From Conidiobolus incongruus B7586 (lineage: Eukaryota): 33,224 nt of DNA. Positions 14,612-26,129 of this stretch are shown here, in pieces. Location: contig JNEM01013558.1 of NCBI GenBank assembly GCA_000697335.1, positions 1 to 33,224 on the forward strand, read 5' to 3'. The notes beneath the pieces are model-generated. The model saw only the letters and a list, made by a program, of their open reading frames with translations, had not been told where the DNA came from and searched no databases. Position numbers and translations under genes: made by a program. How positions within the stretch are numbered: position 1 is the first letter of the stretch; each line of letters starts with the position of its first letter.

Positions 14612-16309
14612 TTAATATTGATAAATTTCTTTCATGACACAATCAATTTTTTGCTGGAAGAAATGTTTCATTTCAATCCAATGAGTTGGGAAGTAGGTGA
14701 AGCTCTTATACAGTTGAACAATTTCATCTTTAGCAAGTTGAATATACTCGGGTGCGACGGGTGGGAGTGTACATTGGTAGAACACCGAGATGCAGTTCCA
14801 GATTGTAAAGTATCTTGCTGGTGTTAGTGTGACATCGGTGTAGCACATCAACCATTGGTAAATTTTCGAATTATGAATGGCTGCTTGGAATGCTTTGGGA
14901 CTGAATTTCTGAGCGACAATACTTGGAAAAGGAAGATCATTATACTCAATCAAGATGATAATGTCATTTACCATCATATTTAGAGTCATAGCTAGAATTA
15001 CCGAATCCAAGGGAATATTAGCGGGAAGGATGGCACTTTGGAGGTAGCGATTGATAGGAAACTGCTTTGTTATGTAGTTGACCCATTCCTGACACTTGAT
15101 CAATAAAAGCTGGTATTCCGTATGCAGGTGCGCGTTTTCAATTGTAAAATAGTTTGGATTTTTCATGCGTTGGTTAAATAGTTTTAACCTTGATTGAAGT
15201 ACACTCAAATAATACTCAATAGCAACTTGGTTGGGAGGTAGTTTCAATGCATGTAATTCTAGTTTACTATGGTGACATACTCTCCGCGTGGATGTTTTAA
15301 AAGTAGTGCCAAAATAATCTTGATGAAAGTCAAGATAATAATGAATGGGACACTGTTGGTCAAATTCGATAGGAGTCAAAAATGGGAGATCATAGTCTTG
15401 AAAATAGCAAGGGCGATCGTATACTAAACCCAAAGAGATATCTTGAATGTAAATTCCCCACCAAGACCTGACCATGATTTCATAATCTAAAGCAGTAGAG
15501 TCATCTCCTGGGATCAGTTCACGAGGACAATCGATTATTTGGTTCAATCCGATTCTTTGGGCGAGCTGGCATCCGAGTCCTGTGTTCAACCATCCTAGTT
15601 CAAACTGATTCTCAACAAGATATAAAAAGGCAAGGTTGAAGTAGGCGACACCAAGTGCTGGATGATCTTTCCTTGTCTCTTGTTGAACAAGTTTCATGGC
15701 CTTATCTGCGATTTCCATGACCTGATCCATAGTTATACGCATTGGTAGCTTATCGGGATTGGGCTGTCGACAGATAAAGTTGGCACCGAGTGCGAGCATA
15801 CTGTATAGAACACAAGGGAATTCCTTCATAAAAATAGAAAGACAAGATTTATGTACAATAGTATTGATTTGGGACATAAATTGCATGTAATTGCCCACTA
15901 GAACCATTTGAGTATTTTCATCGATGGTTTTGATTAACTCTTCCGTTGTGTCGTCAACGGTCTCGGTCCAGTTGAATACCGGTAGATTAGGATGGATTGT
16001 TGTGAGCGATAAAATGTTGGTCGAGTCTGAACTAGATTCCCAGCTATTACTTGAAGAACTTTGAAGTCCTTCGCTACCCGACCTAGGACTTTTTGCGAAT
16101 TTAGCTGCTTTTGTTTTCGATTTGGATTTTGTTCTGATTGGCGTGTATTTACAGCAGATTCCCGCATGGACGCACCGCTTGCAGAAAGGTTTCTCTCGAT
16201 CGCACCGCACTTTGCGCTGACGGCAACTATTGCATGCCATCAGGACAATAGGTTTGGGAGCTTTCAATGTTGGTTGAGGAGAATCGGAAGAGGGAGGTGA
16301 TAGACACAT
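14612..16309 (-). CDS. Zn(II)2Cys6 fungal transcription factor; paralog 2
   Basis: Uninterrupted 565-aa ORF with Zn cluster ACNSCRQRKVRCDREKPFCKRCVHAGICC. Start MCLSPPSSD matches MDLSPPSSD of paralog 1. Roughly three-quarters amino-acid identity by eye, with many synonymous differences. Confidence 0.95.
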   Translation of the reverse strand: MCLSPPSSDSPQPTLKAPKPIVLMACNSCRQRKVRCDREKPFCKRCVHAGICCKYTPIRTKSKSKTKAAKFAKSPRSGSEGLQSSSSNSWESSSDSTNILSLTTIHPNLPVFNWTETVDDTTEELIKTIDENTQMVLVGNYMQFMSQINTIVHKSCLSIFMKEFPCVLYSMLALGANFICRQPNPDKLPMRITMDQVMEIADKAMKLVQQETRKDHPALGVAYFNLAFLYLVENQFELGWLNTGLGCQLAQRIGLNQIIDCPRELIPGDDSTALDYEIMVRSWWGIYIQDISLGLVYDRPCYFQDYDLPFLTPIEFDQQCPIHYYLDFHQDYFGTTFKTSTRRVCHHSKLELHALKLPPNQVAIEYYLSVLQSRLKLFNQRMKNPNYFTIENAHLHTEYQLLLIKCQEWVNYITKQFPINRYLQSAILPANIPLDSVILAMTLNMMVNDIIILIEYNDLPFPSIVAQKFSPKAFQAAIHNSKIYQWLMCYTDVTLTPARYFTIWNCISVFYQCTLPPVAPEYIQLAKDEIVQLYKSFTYFPTHWIEMKHFFQQKIDCVMKEIYQY

Positions 16310-17766
16310 TTTTGAGTAAAAATTATTAACAATTTGGATGAGTGATTATTAAATAATATTATTTATATTGATGCAGTAATTACAATATAATTGAATATTA
16401 AAGAGGCGAACAATAATTAAAAAGTATATATGGCTTAATTAATAGCTAATAAGGTGAAATAGTCGAAATGAATATAATAAAATATATGAATATTCAGTTA
16501 ATAAAGTAATAATAATCCAAAAATTAGATTATTATGCTAATTATAATAAATAATTAAAAGTAGGCGGATTTTAAATTGAAAAACACAAATTGAGAATTGA
16601 TATTCATGCTTCTCGCCATGGTTAATATACTCGAATTGAAATCAACCACCCACTCTCGGGTCCACTCAAATTCTCTTTTATCAAAATCTAAAATTAATCA
16701 CCTAGTTAAGATTAATATTATCATGAGAATATTCATTTCTTTTTTGAAAAATTCCGTATTTCAAAATTAAATATGATTCAATTTAATCAAATTTAGTTGT
16801 ATTTGATAAGAATTGGAATTATCTTAACTTTATTGATAGCTATACTTTGGCATTTGATAGTTAACAAGTTATTTGTCGATAGAGAAATTTTCGATCATAA
16901 AGCAATACTGTGTGTTTGGTTTGATCACTGACATATTTCTACATTATTTTGATAGCTATTATTCAGATTCCATAATACTTAATATCCAAATAAGTATAAA
17001 CCATTACCATTGTACATTTTATATACTGATTAGCTCTACCAAATATAGAGACGAAATTATGAAACATTAATTAATATGTTTAAGCTGGTTAAATTTATCA
17101 AATTGGTATAATCAAAACATATAAGCAAAAGACATTAATCATAGCTGATTGAAATGATAGTAAAATTAAAAATAATCAATCAATTTACTATCTTACTATT
17201 AATTGATATGAAACAATATTTTTTTTAAATTAACTATATTAAAATTTTCATTTATTTTTATTAAAAATACTAGAAAATTATAACATTTTAAATAATTCAA
17301 CAATCTATTATTTAATAAATATAAATTTTATGAGTATTATTTAAACTTTAATTATATTATTTCTTGAAGTTAAACCGAATATTAACTATTTAATTACATA
17401 TTTTAATATAAGTTAATAATTGTATATATAAATGGATAATAGAGTAATATTATCAGTATGAATCATTTATTTTAATGGAATTTTAGAACATAAGAATAAT
17501 ATGTTATATTATTTAATAAAATTTCAAATATTATATTGAATATTTTAATTAGAATTTTTGCCAAATATAATTTAATAATAAATCAAATATTTTATTTATT
17601 CAAAATTTTAAATGGTTTTTGATAAAAAATTTATTTATCTGATAGATGGAAATTATATTATATTATGGTGTGAGATAAAAACATTAAAAGTTAATTATAT
17701 GGCCATATTAATTGATAAATATATCTATTGATAAATAATAAATATTAGCTACCATAACAGCGGTAA

Positions 17767-18120
17767 TTGTTTGAAGGAGCTAAATTGTGATTCAGTTAAT
17801 TACAATTTTTCTTTATTTATTACGTAAGTAATCTAAAAATATTATTAGTATTTGTAAATTGAGTAATATCATTAAAAATTCATAATCATGATAGAAAAAT
17901 TACTTAGTTTAGTGAAAAATACGAGTATAATATTTCAATTTAGACAAAGTTAACGTGATTTAAGAAATTTGGATGAAAATTCGGATGTTGTACAATACAA
18001 ATTTAGTACATTTGCCAGGAGAATTACATACAAAAAGAATTTCTATTTCTCATTCAATTCTAGTTAGACGGTATAGGGGTTGATAACCATATCATGGGGA
18101 TTGCAATGGTTATCCATAAA
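17767..18120 (+). repeat. Copy of the same degenerate repeat family
   Basis: Shares three ordered blocks with the 2690-2930 copy (inverted) and two blocks with 9068-9301 (AAGGAGYTAAATT and TTCGGAYGTTGTAC at the same spacing). Confidence 0.65.
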
Positions 18121-21100
18121 TTATATGTACTATATCTATTATTAAAAGTGACTTTGTGGCAATGTGGTTTAAATAATTCTTAAATCAATAGCACATTATT
18201 ATCTATTGCCAACGTTCTTAATTTCTAAGTAATTCATGCACGTTATAATATGATACATATCAATACTACCAATCATATATTGTTATATAACTTATACAAA
18301 AAATAAGCAATATAACTGCAACTAAGTAAAAAATTTTATTAGATAATTCCGACTTTGAATTAATGATAGCTTTTAAAGAGAACTTTGAAAACTTGAATAT
18401 GCACAATACCTTGCATCCGCCCGAGAGTACAAAAGTGATTGAAAATGGTGATAATCTAGGAAGGTTTCCGACCTTTGCGCAATACAAAGTATCTTATGTT
18501 CATAATAAATTAATCACATTTAACATACTTCTCAAAATCTAGATCAATGGGCTAAAGCCCTAATAATTATGACGACATTTTTCTAGTTTTCAATTTCCAT
18601 ACTATTGGATTTTAGACAGAATAATGATTGATAGAAATTCTAAATTAATTAATAATTATAAGTGCTTGGTTTTTATCCATTTTGTGACTATTGTATTAGT
18701 AATTAAAAAAATTCGTATATCTATTTGGGTAAAGATACTATAAAAGGTTAGTCTTGAATATTTTGAAAGTTACCTTGTCAATTATTTAAGAAATCGAAAA
18801 GTAATTTAATATTGTAACGCCAAATTTAATTAAATCATCGAAATTTAATTATATTTTATTATTTATCTATATTTTAACTCTAAAATCAAGTCATAAAAAT
18901 TAAATTAACATGAATATTTAATTATTCAGTATAGAGAATTGATAACTGCAACCATTTTTAGCTAATTCAGCCATATAACTACATAGTAAAAAATATTATA
19001 ATTAAATTGGCAATCTGGATTAATCATGATATAATTTTTATATCATCAATATGATAATATATATATTTTTAAACTTATTTTATATGTATTAGTATTAATA
19101 TAATCTAAAATGTATAAATTCAATAAAATCTATCAAGTTAATGGATACATTACTATATTTTAAATTTTCTCTAATAATAAATTTATCTTTTTTTTGCAAA
19201 CTTAACAAATTTAGAAAGTATAGAGAATGATAAACTATAATTATCATTATTATTATATAAATAGCACTTCATTTAATTTATTTTTATAATATTTCTTAAA
19301 GTTCTAAAATTTATCAATATTATTACATATTATTGATAAATAAGAAAATAATAATAATAATAATAATTGAATCAAATTTAAAATTTAGAAATTTTATTAA
19401 TTTTTTTTTACTTAAAATCATCAAATTTGTAAAAACTAAAAAAATTTTTTTGAGATTGGACTAAAAATTAATTAAACCATATGCGTGGATTTCTCCATAT
19501 GTTGAATCAATCAGTAAAAATTGAAAATTTAACAGGTTTTAAACTCTAATCGTATCAGTAAATATACATAAAATATATTTTAATCGTTTATTAAATAGGT
19601 AATAAAATTTGCTTGACAATTTAAACCTTATTTTAAATTGTTATTTATATAGCTAAACACTTATTTAAGTCATCAGATTGTTATCTGCACCTGTCAAATC
19701 AATTCATAACGTCGTATTACTTATAAAGTCAATTACATTAAATTCAATTGAATAGAATTGACTCATTCATTTTAACTAGTGGCAAGAAACCGGTAATTCA
19801 TCATATAACGCAATTATCCTAATTTGCTAAAATTGTTTTTGTAATTAATTTTATGTAACACAAAATGTTAAAATTCATGCAAATTGAGAATTAATATTAG
19901 AATTGAGTAATTTGAAATATTGAACTAAAATATATCCTTTGACGTTATTATTACTGGTGTAAAATAATATAGAACATATATATTATAATGGTTGTACCTA
20001 ATTTTATTATTTGAGGATTTTCATATTATAGTTTATTGTGAAATGTTTTTGATTTATGGTTTATTGTTGAAGAGCCATTTTTTAATTATAACTAAATAAG
20101 TGATTATAATATAATATCACTAAATTTAGTCAGGTGAATAATGATGATGTAATGGGTAAATTCTGATTGTTGATAAATCTATAATTAGTTGTGGTTGTTT
20201 AAAGATTTGATAGAGATAATGTTACTATTTTTCTAATTACTTGAATAAGAATAATAATTTAGATTTTAGAATATATTTTGGTAATTACATTGAGTGAAAA
20301 AAATTGTCAAATGGGGATATTGATGAGGTTTAGAAACTGAAAGTGTTTTTCTATTTTAATTCAATTTTATATAAATTGTTAACAATTTTGTCATAGCAAT
20401 TGAGACATGTGTGTGATATGATTGACTATTATGAATCAAACATTGCTAAAACCTAATGTTATATTAGAGGGTTTGTATCTCGAGTATTAATATTATAATT
20501 TTTGTTGTTCATTAAATAATTGAATATATACAAAAACAAGGTGATGATCTTATAATCGAATTGAGTAACATCCAAAATTGGAGAAATTTTATTACTAAAA
20601 CCCAGATTTAGTCAAATGATCATTTCTGTGATACACATTACTCATCCACCTAGTGAGCTATGTTAAAATTACCGAAGCATGAACCATACAAACCGCTCAA
20701 TATCATAATTGTTTTCATATGATTAAATATTTTTAAGTTGATATTAATGAATTGATTATAATATAAAGCGTTTGAATTAGTTGGTACAATAAATGCTTTT
20801 ATGATAATTAAAAATAATTGTAATAATCATTTAAAAGATATATTAGTTAACAATAAATTGGATTATATCAAAAAAGGGATATCAGATAAAAATTATGAAT
20901 TTATTTTCTAATTTGTATTATTACAAAAATTTTCCAATTTTAAATCTAAAAGTCAAAATTTAATAATCATTTTGATCAATATTGTATTTCAATGTTAATG
21001 GTATGATAATTATGATGTCATGTAATTATCATAAGATATATGACCCATCAATTAAGAAACATGTTTAAATTCTCAAATCTAATTCAACAGGTATAGTTGA

Positions 21101-21749
21101 TAAGAACTTGATGTTAAGGTGCTACAAAATTATAAACTAAAGCAGGATAATATTTTGAAATCTGTTCCCACCAAATTGATTACTTTAAAAGACACGGAAG
21201 TTTCTTAATTTATAAAGTTAATATTGATTATCAGGATAATGAATATTAAAATTAATTCTAGATTAGAATAAATCATGATATTTCTAATCATAATTTCCAA
21301 AAAATTCAAGATATATATTAAAAGTTTTAATATACTTTTCAAACTTGAATAATATTATTCTAATTTAAGTATATTTTTGGATTAGAAATAAAAATGATTC
21401 ATTTTCATAATTATGGTCAATCTGTTAATATCAAAAGTTTGTTAGTTAATACAATTCCAAAAATAAACTTTGATGGATATCAAAAAAATTACCCAAGATT
21501 ATTATTGGTAACAAATATTCAATCAAATCCCAATTATTGATTAGCTTTAATATGTTAGTCAGTTTTAGGAATCATATTTTGTTGAATATTAAATTAATTT
21601 TCAATTCGAGTACGTTTTTATTCTGAAAAAGCATCTAATATCCAATATCTTAATTTGGTATAGGAAACATATTATAATACTCTTGAATCTCATTAAATTC
21701 GCTCTGTTTTTTTATTTCAATATTTATTCAATATATTTAATATTCTTTG

Positions 21750-22170
21750 AGCTAAAAGAGCAACTAACGTGATAAATTCATCCTCTGTGAAGAAACTAAG
21801 CATGGTAACGATTCTACACCAGCATACTATATGTTGAAACTTTGGGACTCTCGCACCATTTGTATTGACAAAAGCTAGTTTCATACTGTGAATTGGCTGT
21901 ATAATACTGAATCAATGCCTATATTTTCAACATATTCACTCTCGATTGGGAGGCACTCGAAAAGTGATATATTAATCAATAAAGTAGCCTCATATCTTTG
22001 ATCTCAAGTACTTGGCATTTTTATTCTCATCCAATATCCCAAAGATCCCTCGCAATTTGGGTCCTAACAATATTGTAAATGTCGGCTTACTTTACAAACT
22101 AAATGAGAATTGTTTGACAATTGAGGCATTCAAGGATTTAATTTCAGATATAATTGGTTGCTTTTCACAT
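21750..22170 (-). pseudogene. Second decayed coding-like island, unidentified
   Basis: GC-elevated block with broken minus-strand frames (KQPIISEIKSLNASIVKQF..*SKPTFTILLGPKLRGIFGILDENK). It may belong to the relic at 22.9-24.25 kb. Confidence 0.3.
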
Positions 22171-22907
22171 ATAATTTAAGGTAACTCTTATAAGCTTAAG
22201 TGAAATAACTTGATTCTATCATACATATTTAAATTATATACTCGTTACATGTAATAAGTATAACAGGCGCATCGATGTATAAAATAGAAATAATTTATTA
22301 TAATAAATATCTATAAAATATTGATTAAAAAATGCTTGTAAAATATAATTCAAATAGTTGGTTTCTTGTTCTATTGTACTCTCATTAAAATTTATAATTA
22401 ACTTTAGTTAATAATCTATTTACTGAAATTAAATTTGGAAAATCTATCATATTATAAATAGATAGAATTTTACCTAAAATTTTTTCTATTATTAAATTGA
22501 ATAATTGATTTAACCAAGATCAACCTTAATATTTTTAATCCCAATTAGATAATTTTGAAATGTAAAATGGTTTCTTTGATTGGCCTCTTATATCATTTAT
22601 AAAAATAAAATGATGGTAATATCATTATTTTAGATATCAACTTTAAATTCAAAAAAGAATGAAATGATTCCATATAGCCATAATAATATGAATCGATTAT
22701 TATAATCATACATTTGTTTTAGTTAATTCAATAAAAAATATATATTTAGTAATTATCATTAAATTTATAAATACAAAAAAAATTAAAATGAATATTAAAT
22801 AAAAAAATATATTATTTATTAAAAAAATATCAATTCTTAGAAAACTTATAGGCAATATGAATTTAAATTTATGTGAAACTAATAATAAAAATATATGAAT
22901 TATGTTT

Positions 22908-24250
22908 TGCGCCAACTAATCTCATAATTGCAGCCCTAGAAATATCAAGGCTGACTTTCCTTTCCCACAAGTCAGCGCTAAACATTCTTTTATGTTAACT
23001 TGCCGAACTCGCACTCCTAATCTAGAGTGACTCATATTCATATGCAACCTTGTAAGAGTATTTGAATCTGAGGGTTTTCCTCGTTGCTCAAGTAGTTTAG
23101 ATATTCCGGGAATATGTATAAGATTTTCGTCACATACTGTGCATTCTGGACTTATAATACCCCAAATGAACATAAAGAAAAGAGATGCAAACTCACATTT
23201 TTAATGCTTTTATAGTCGAAGTTCCCACCATTTCGATGAAATAAATGTGGTGTGCTTTGATCCCATAAGCCACAATTAATGATACAATATTAGTTCGTTG
23301 TTTAGTATTATGGAATGCATCGCATATTTCATGATTCGTTTGAACTATTACTGCAATCCACCAGTTTATATCGATTGATTTGCTACTTTATCCACCAATA
23401 CACGTTGACTAGATGCTAAAGACGATAACTGACCATATTTGGGTTTGAGAGCTGCATCTTTCTTCAATAGTACAAAATCTATTTCCTCTTCAATTTTCCT
23501 TGCAATATAGCTGAGTCATTGTATACCATCCAATTCATCCTCTTTATCAGCAAATAGATCAGATTAATTTTTATATATAAATGGCTATCATAAAGTTACT
23601 CCATTATAGGTTGTACCAACACAAGTACTTATCGACTTAGTTTAGCAAATAGATCTACTACAGTAATTATCGCTTCTACCATTTTTGTTGCTTCAGAGGT
23701 GTTGCTAACAATTTTTCATCTTTAATATTCGACATTCTTGCTGCCTGGATCTTGTCATCTAAATTTTCTTTCAGGTATTTAAATCATTGAATCCATTCTT
23801 CTTCTTCTTCTTGGTCGTGCTGTTAGCAGAAGCAAAAAGTTTCCCACAGCTACTGCTGGCATCTTCAGTCTTAAGCGATATATTCCTTTTGAGCATTTGG
23901 ATAATAACTTGCATTATAGGATGAACTTCAACAGATCTAGGAGTGTGAGTTATATATTTCAACTTATCAATGGGTAAGTAATTTGCTGAATTAGATTGCT
24001 TAATACGATTTGAAAAGAGCTGAGCTTTTCAGTCTTTTAGTTTTCTCTTCAACTGAGCTCGACACTTCTTTTCTCATCTCATATCACTATTTTCATCATT
24101 TATTAACCGATTGAAGCATTTCTTGTGTAGATGATCTTTAATCAACTCTGTGTTAATATTGGTTTATTCATCAATTATATTTCTGTGAGCTGTTATAACT
24201 CATTCCTGGTTAATACAAAATTTATACAGATTATTTCGAGAACAACTTTT
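22908..24250 (-). pseudogene. Decayed protein-coding relic of unknown family (pseudogene or old transposon ORF)
   Basis: Coding-like GC content. Long protein-like minus-strand frames are broken by stops and frameshifts, e.g. SDMR*EKKCRAQLKRKLKD*KAQLFSNR, QHDQEEEEEWIQ*FKYLKENLDDKIQ, DKEDELDGIQ*LSYIARKIEEEIDF. No motif that I recognise. Confidence 0.5.
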
Positions 24251-26110
24251 TACATATATATATATACTAGGTATTCACTGGGATTGAATTATAAATTATA
24301 TCACTTTTATTTCTATTTTTTCAAAATCCATACCAAATAATTGAGGATTGGATTGAATATTTTTATTTTTCTATATTAAAAATTAGTATAATTTTCATAA
24401 AATCATACACTAAGGTCAAATAATTTAGTAATAATCATAATTTTATGCGAATGTAACAGTATTTTGAAAATTATCTCACAACTACATCCAATTCTTTAAA
24501 ATTTATTGTGGAACATATTTTATCTAAATTTTGATCAACTAACCAACAATCGCGTTTTTTTAATTCTCACAACCAATTAAAATAATTTTTTTTATTCAAG
24601 ATTAAATCAATAATTTATAAATTAATTATATATTTTAATTTATTTCATTTTTACCAATTACTTTCACACTCATAATTCTTAATAACATTAATCATACAAT
24701 CCTCATTATTTTTCAATATTCTATTACTAGTATGACATTTCAATTTTTTATATTTCTACCTTAGATTTTAGATTATAGCTCCTTTTATATTGGTTTATTT
24801 GATTGAAATTTATTAGTTAAATATAATTTGAATTCCTAAATTCCTTTAGTTTGATATAATAATAAATTAATCAATATTAATTAAATATATTTGATACAAA
24901 ATTGTTTTTGAATTTTTTTATATTAAATCAATATTTAATTAGAACTAATTTTAAATATCTTAATTTTTATTTAATAATTGAACTTATATATTGAATATCA
25001 GATACAAAATATCGATATTAAAAATGTCTAATTTATCAAATTCAACCAATCAAATATTTAAATTATTAAGCTTAGTTTAATAGATTTATTATATTATTAA
25101 TTATTAATAATATTTTCCATTCCTTATTTAAATATAATTTATCAAAAATGAGAACCGTGGGTCTAACTACTATATTAATTCTACTCAAAATAATATATCA
25201 GAAATTAGATTTATGGAATATAATCCAATTGGTATATTATATTAAGATTATTTAGCTATTATAGTTTTATACTGTCACATTCATCATCACTAAAACAAAT
25301 TATTTTAATATTCAAAAATTACTAAAATTTCAATATTTGATAAAGTTAATTATAATTATTAATTATTATTATCAATTTATAAAAATAATATTGAATAAAA
25401 ATAAATTAATTAATAATATTTTTATATAATCAAGGTTATTAAATTTAATTTAATTAATATATATCATATATTAAGATTAATATTCATAAAAGAAATAATC
25501 ATGACTTATAATAGTATATTAATTTTTAACTTAATAAAACTAGATCAAATTATATTATAAAGATATTTAATAAAAATAAATTTTTATAAACTTAACTTAA
25601 AAACCAATTTATTCAATATTAAACCTATTATTATATGCATTCAATCTGATTTTGTATATATGATATTTAGATATAAAAAATCTTAAAAATCAACTACAGA
25701 TATCAAATTATTTATTAATTAATTGATATTTCAAAATATAATTTCAATTTAAATTAGAATAAAATAAACTATAATAAAGATATTTTTTTAAAATCTATAT
25801 ATATTTTAATTAAAATATGTAGGTACCATTATTATAAGATATCTATTCCAATAATTTGAATTTATATAAATTAATAAATAAAAATCAAATTTTTATCAAA
25901 TTTAAACTTCAAAGTTCAATATTTGATTAAATTTATTAAAATTCCTTATTTGTAATATAATTGGATTTTATATTATTAATATTATAATTAAATTAAAAAT
26001 ATTATTTAAATTTTATAAAAAATAATATTCATATTATTATGATCTTATTGTATATTTTGAATATTTCATTTTAACTAATATTTATATATCATACTTTTTA
26101 TTATGATTCG

Positions 26111-26129
26111 AGATGTGTATAAGAGACAG
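26111..26129 (+). other. Tn5 mosaic end / Nextera adapter sequence (likely library or assembly artefact)
   Basis: Exact 19-mer AGATGTGTATAAGAGACAG, directly followed by an (AT)n run, in otherwise extremely AT-rich DNA. Confidence 0.95.

Noticed and set aside
14618..16300. Short ORFs 14618-14827, 15934-16167 and 16061-16300
   Set aside because: Antisense or alternative-frame shadows of TF paralog 2.
16873..18487. ORFs 16873-17070 and 18266-18487
   Set aside because: Non-ATG starts, no motifs, and no coding-like composition along their length.
20950..21700. Possible decayed LRR/F-box-like coding remnants (also ~1300-1700)
   Set aside because: No frame long or motif-rich enough to support a call.
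22706..24340. ORFs 22706-22915, 22922-23173, 23771-23962 and 24131-24340 as separate genes
   Set aside because: Either low-complexity chance ORFs or fragments of the decayed relic.
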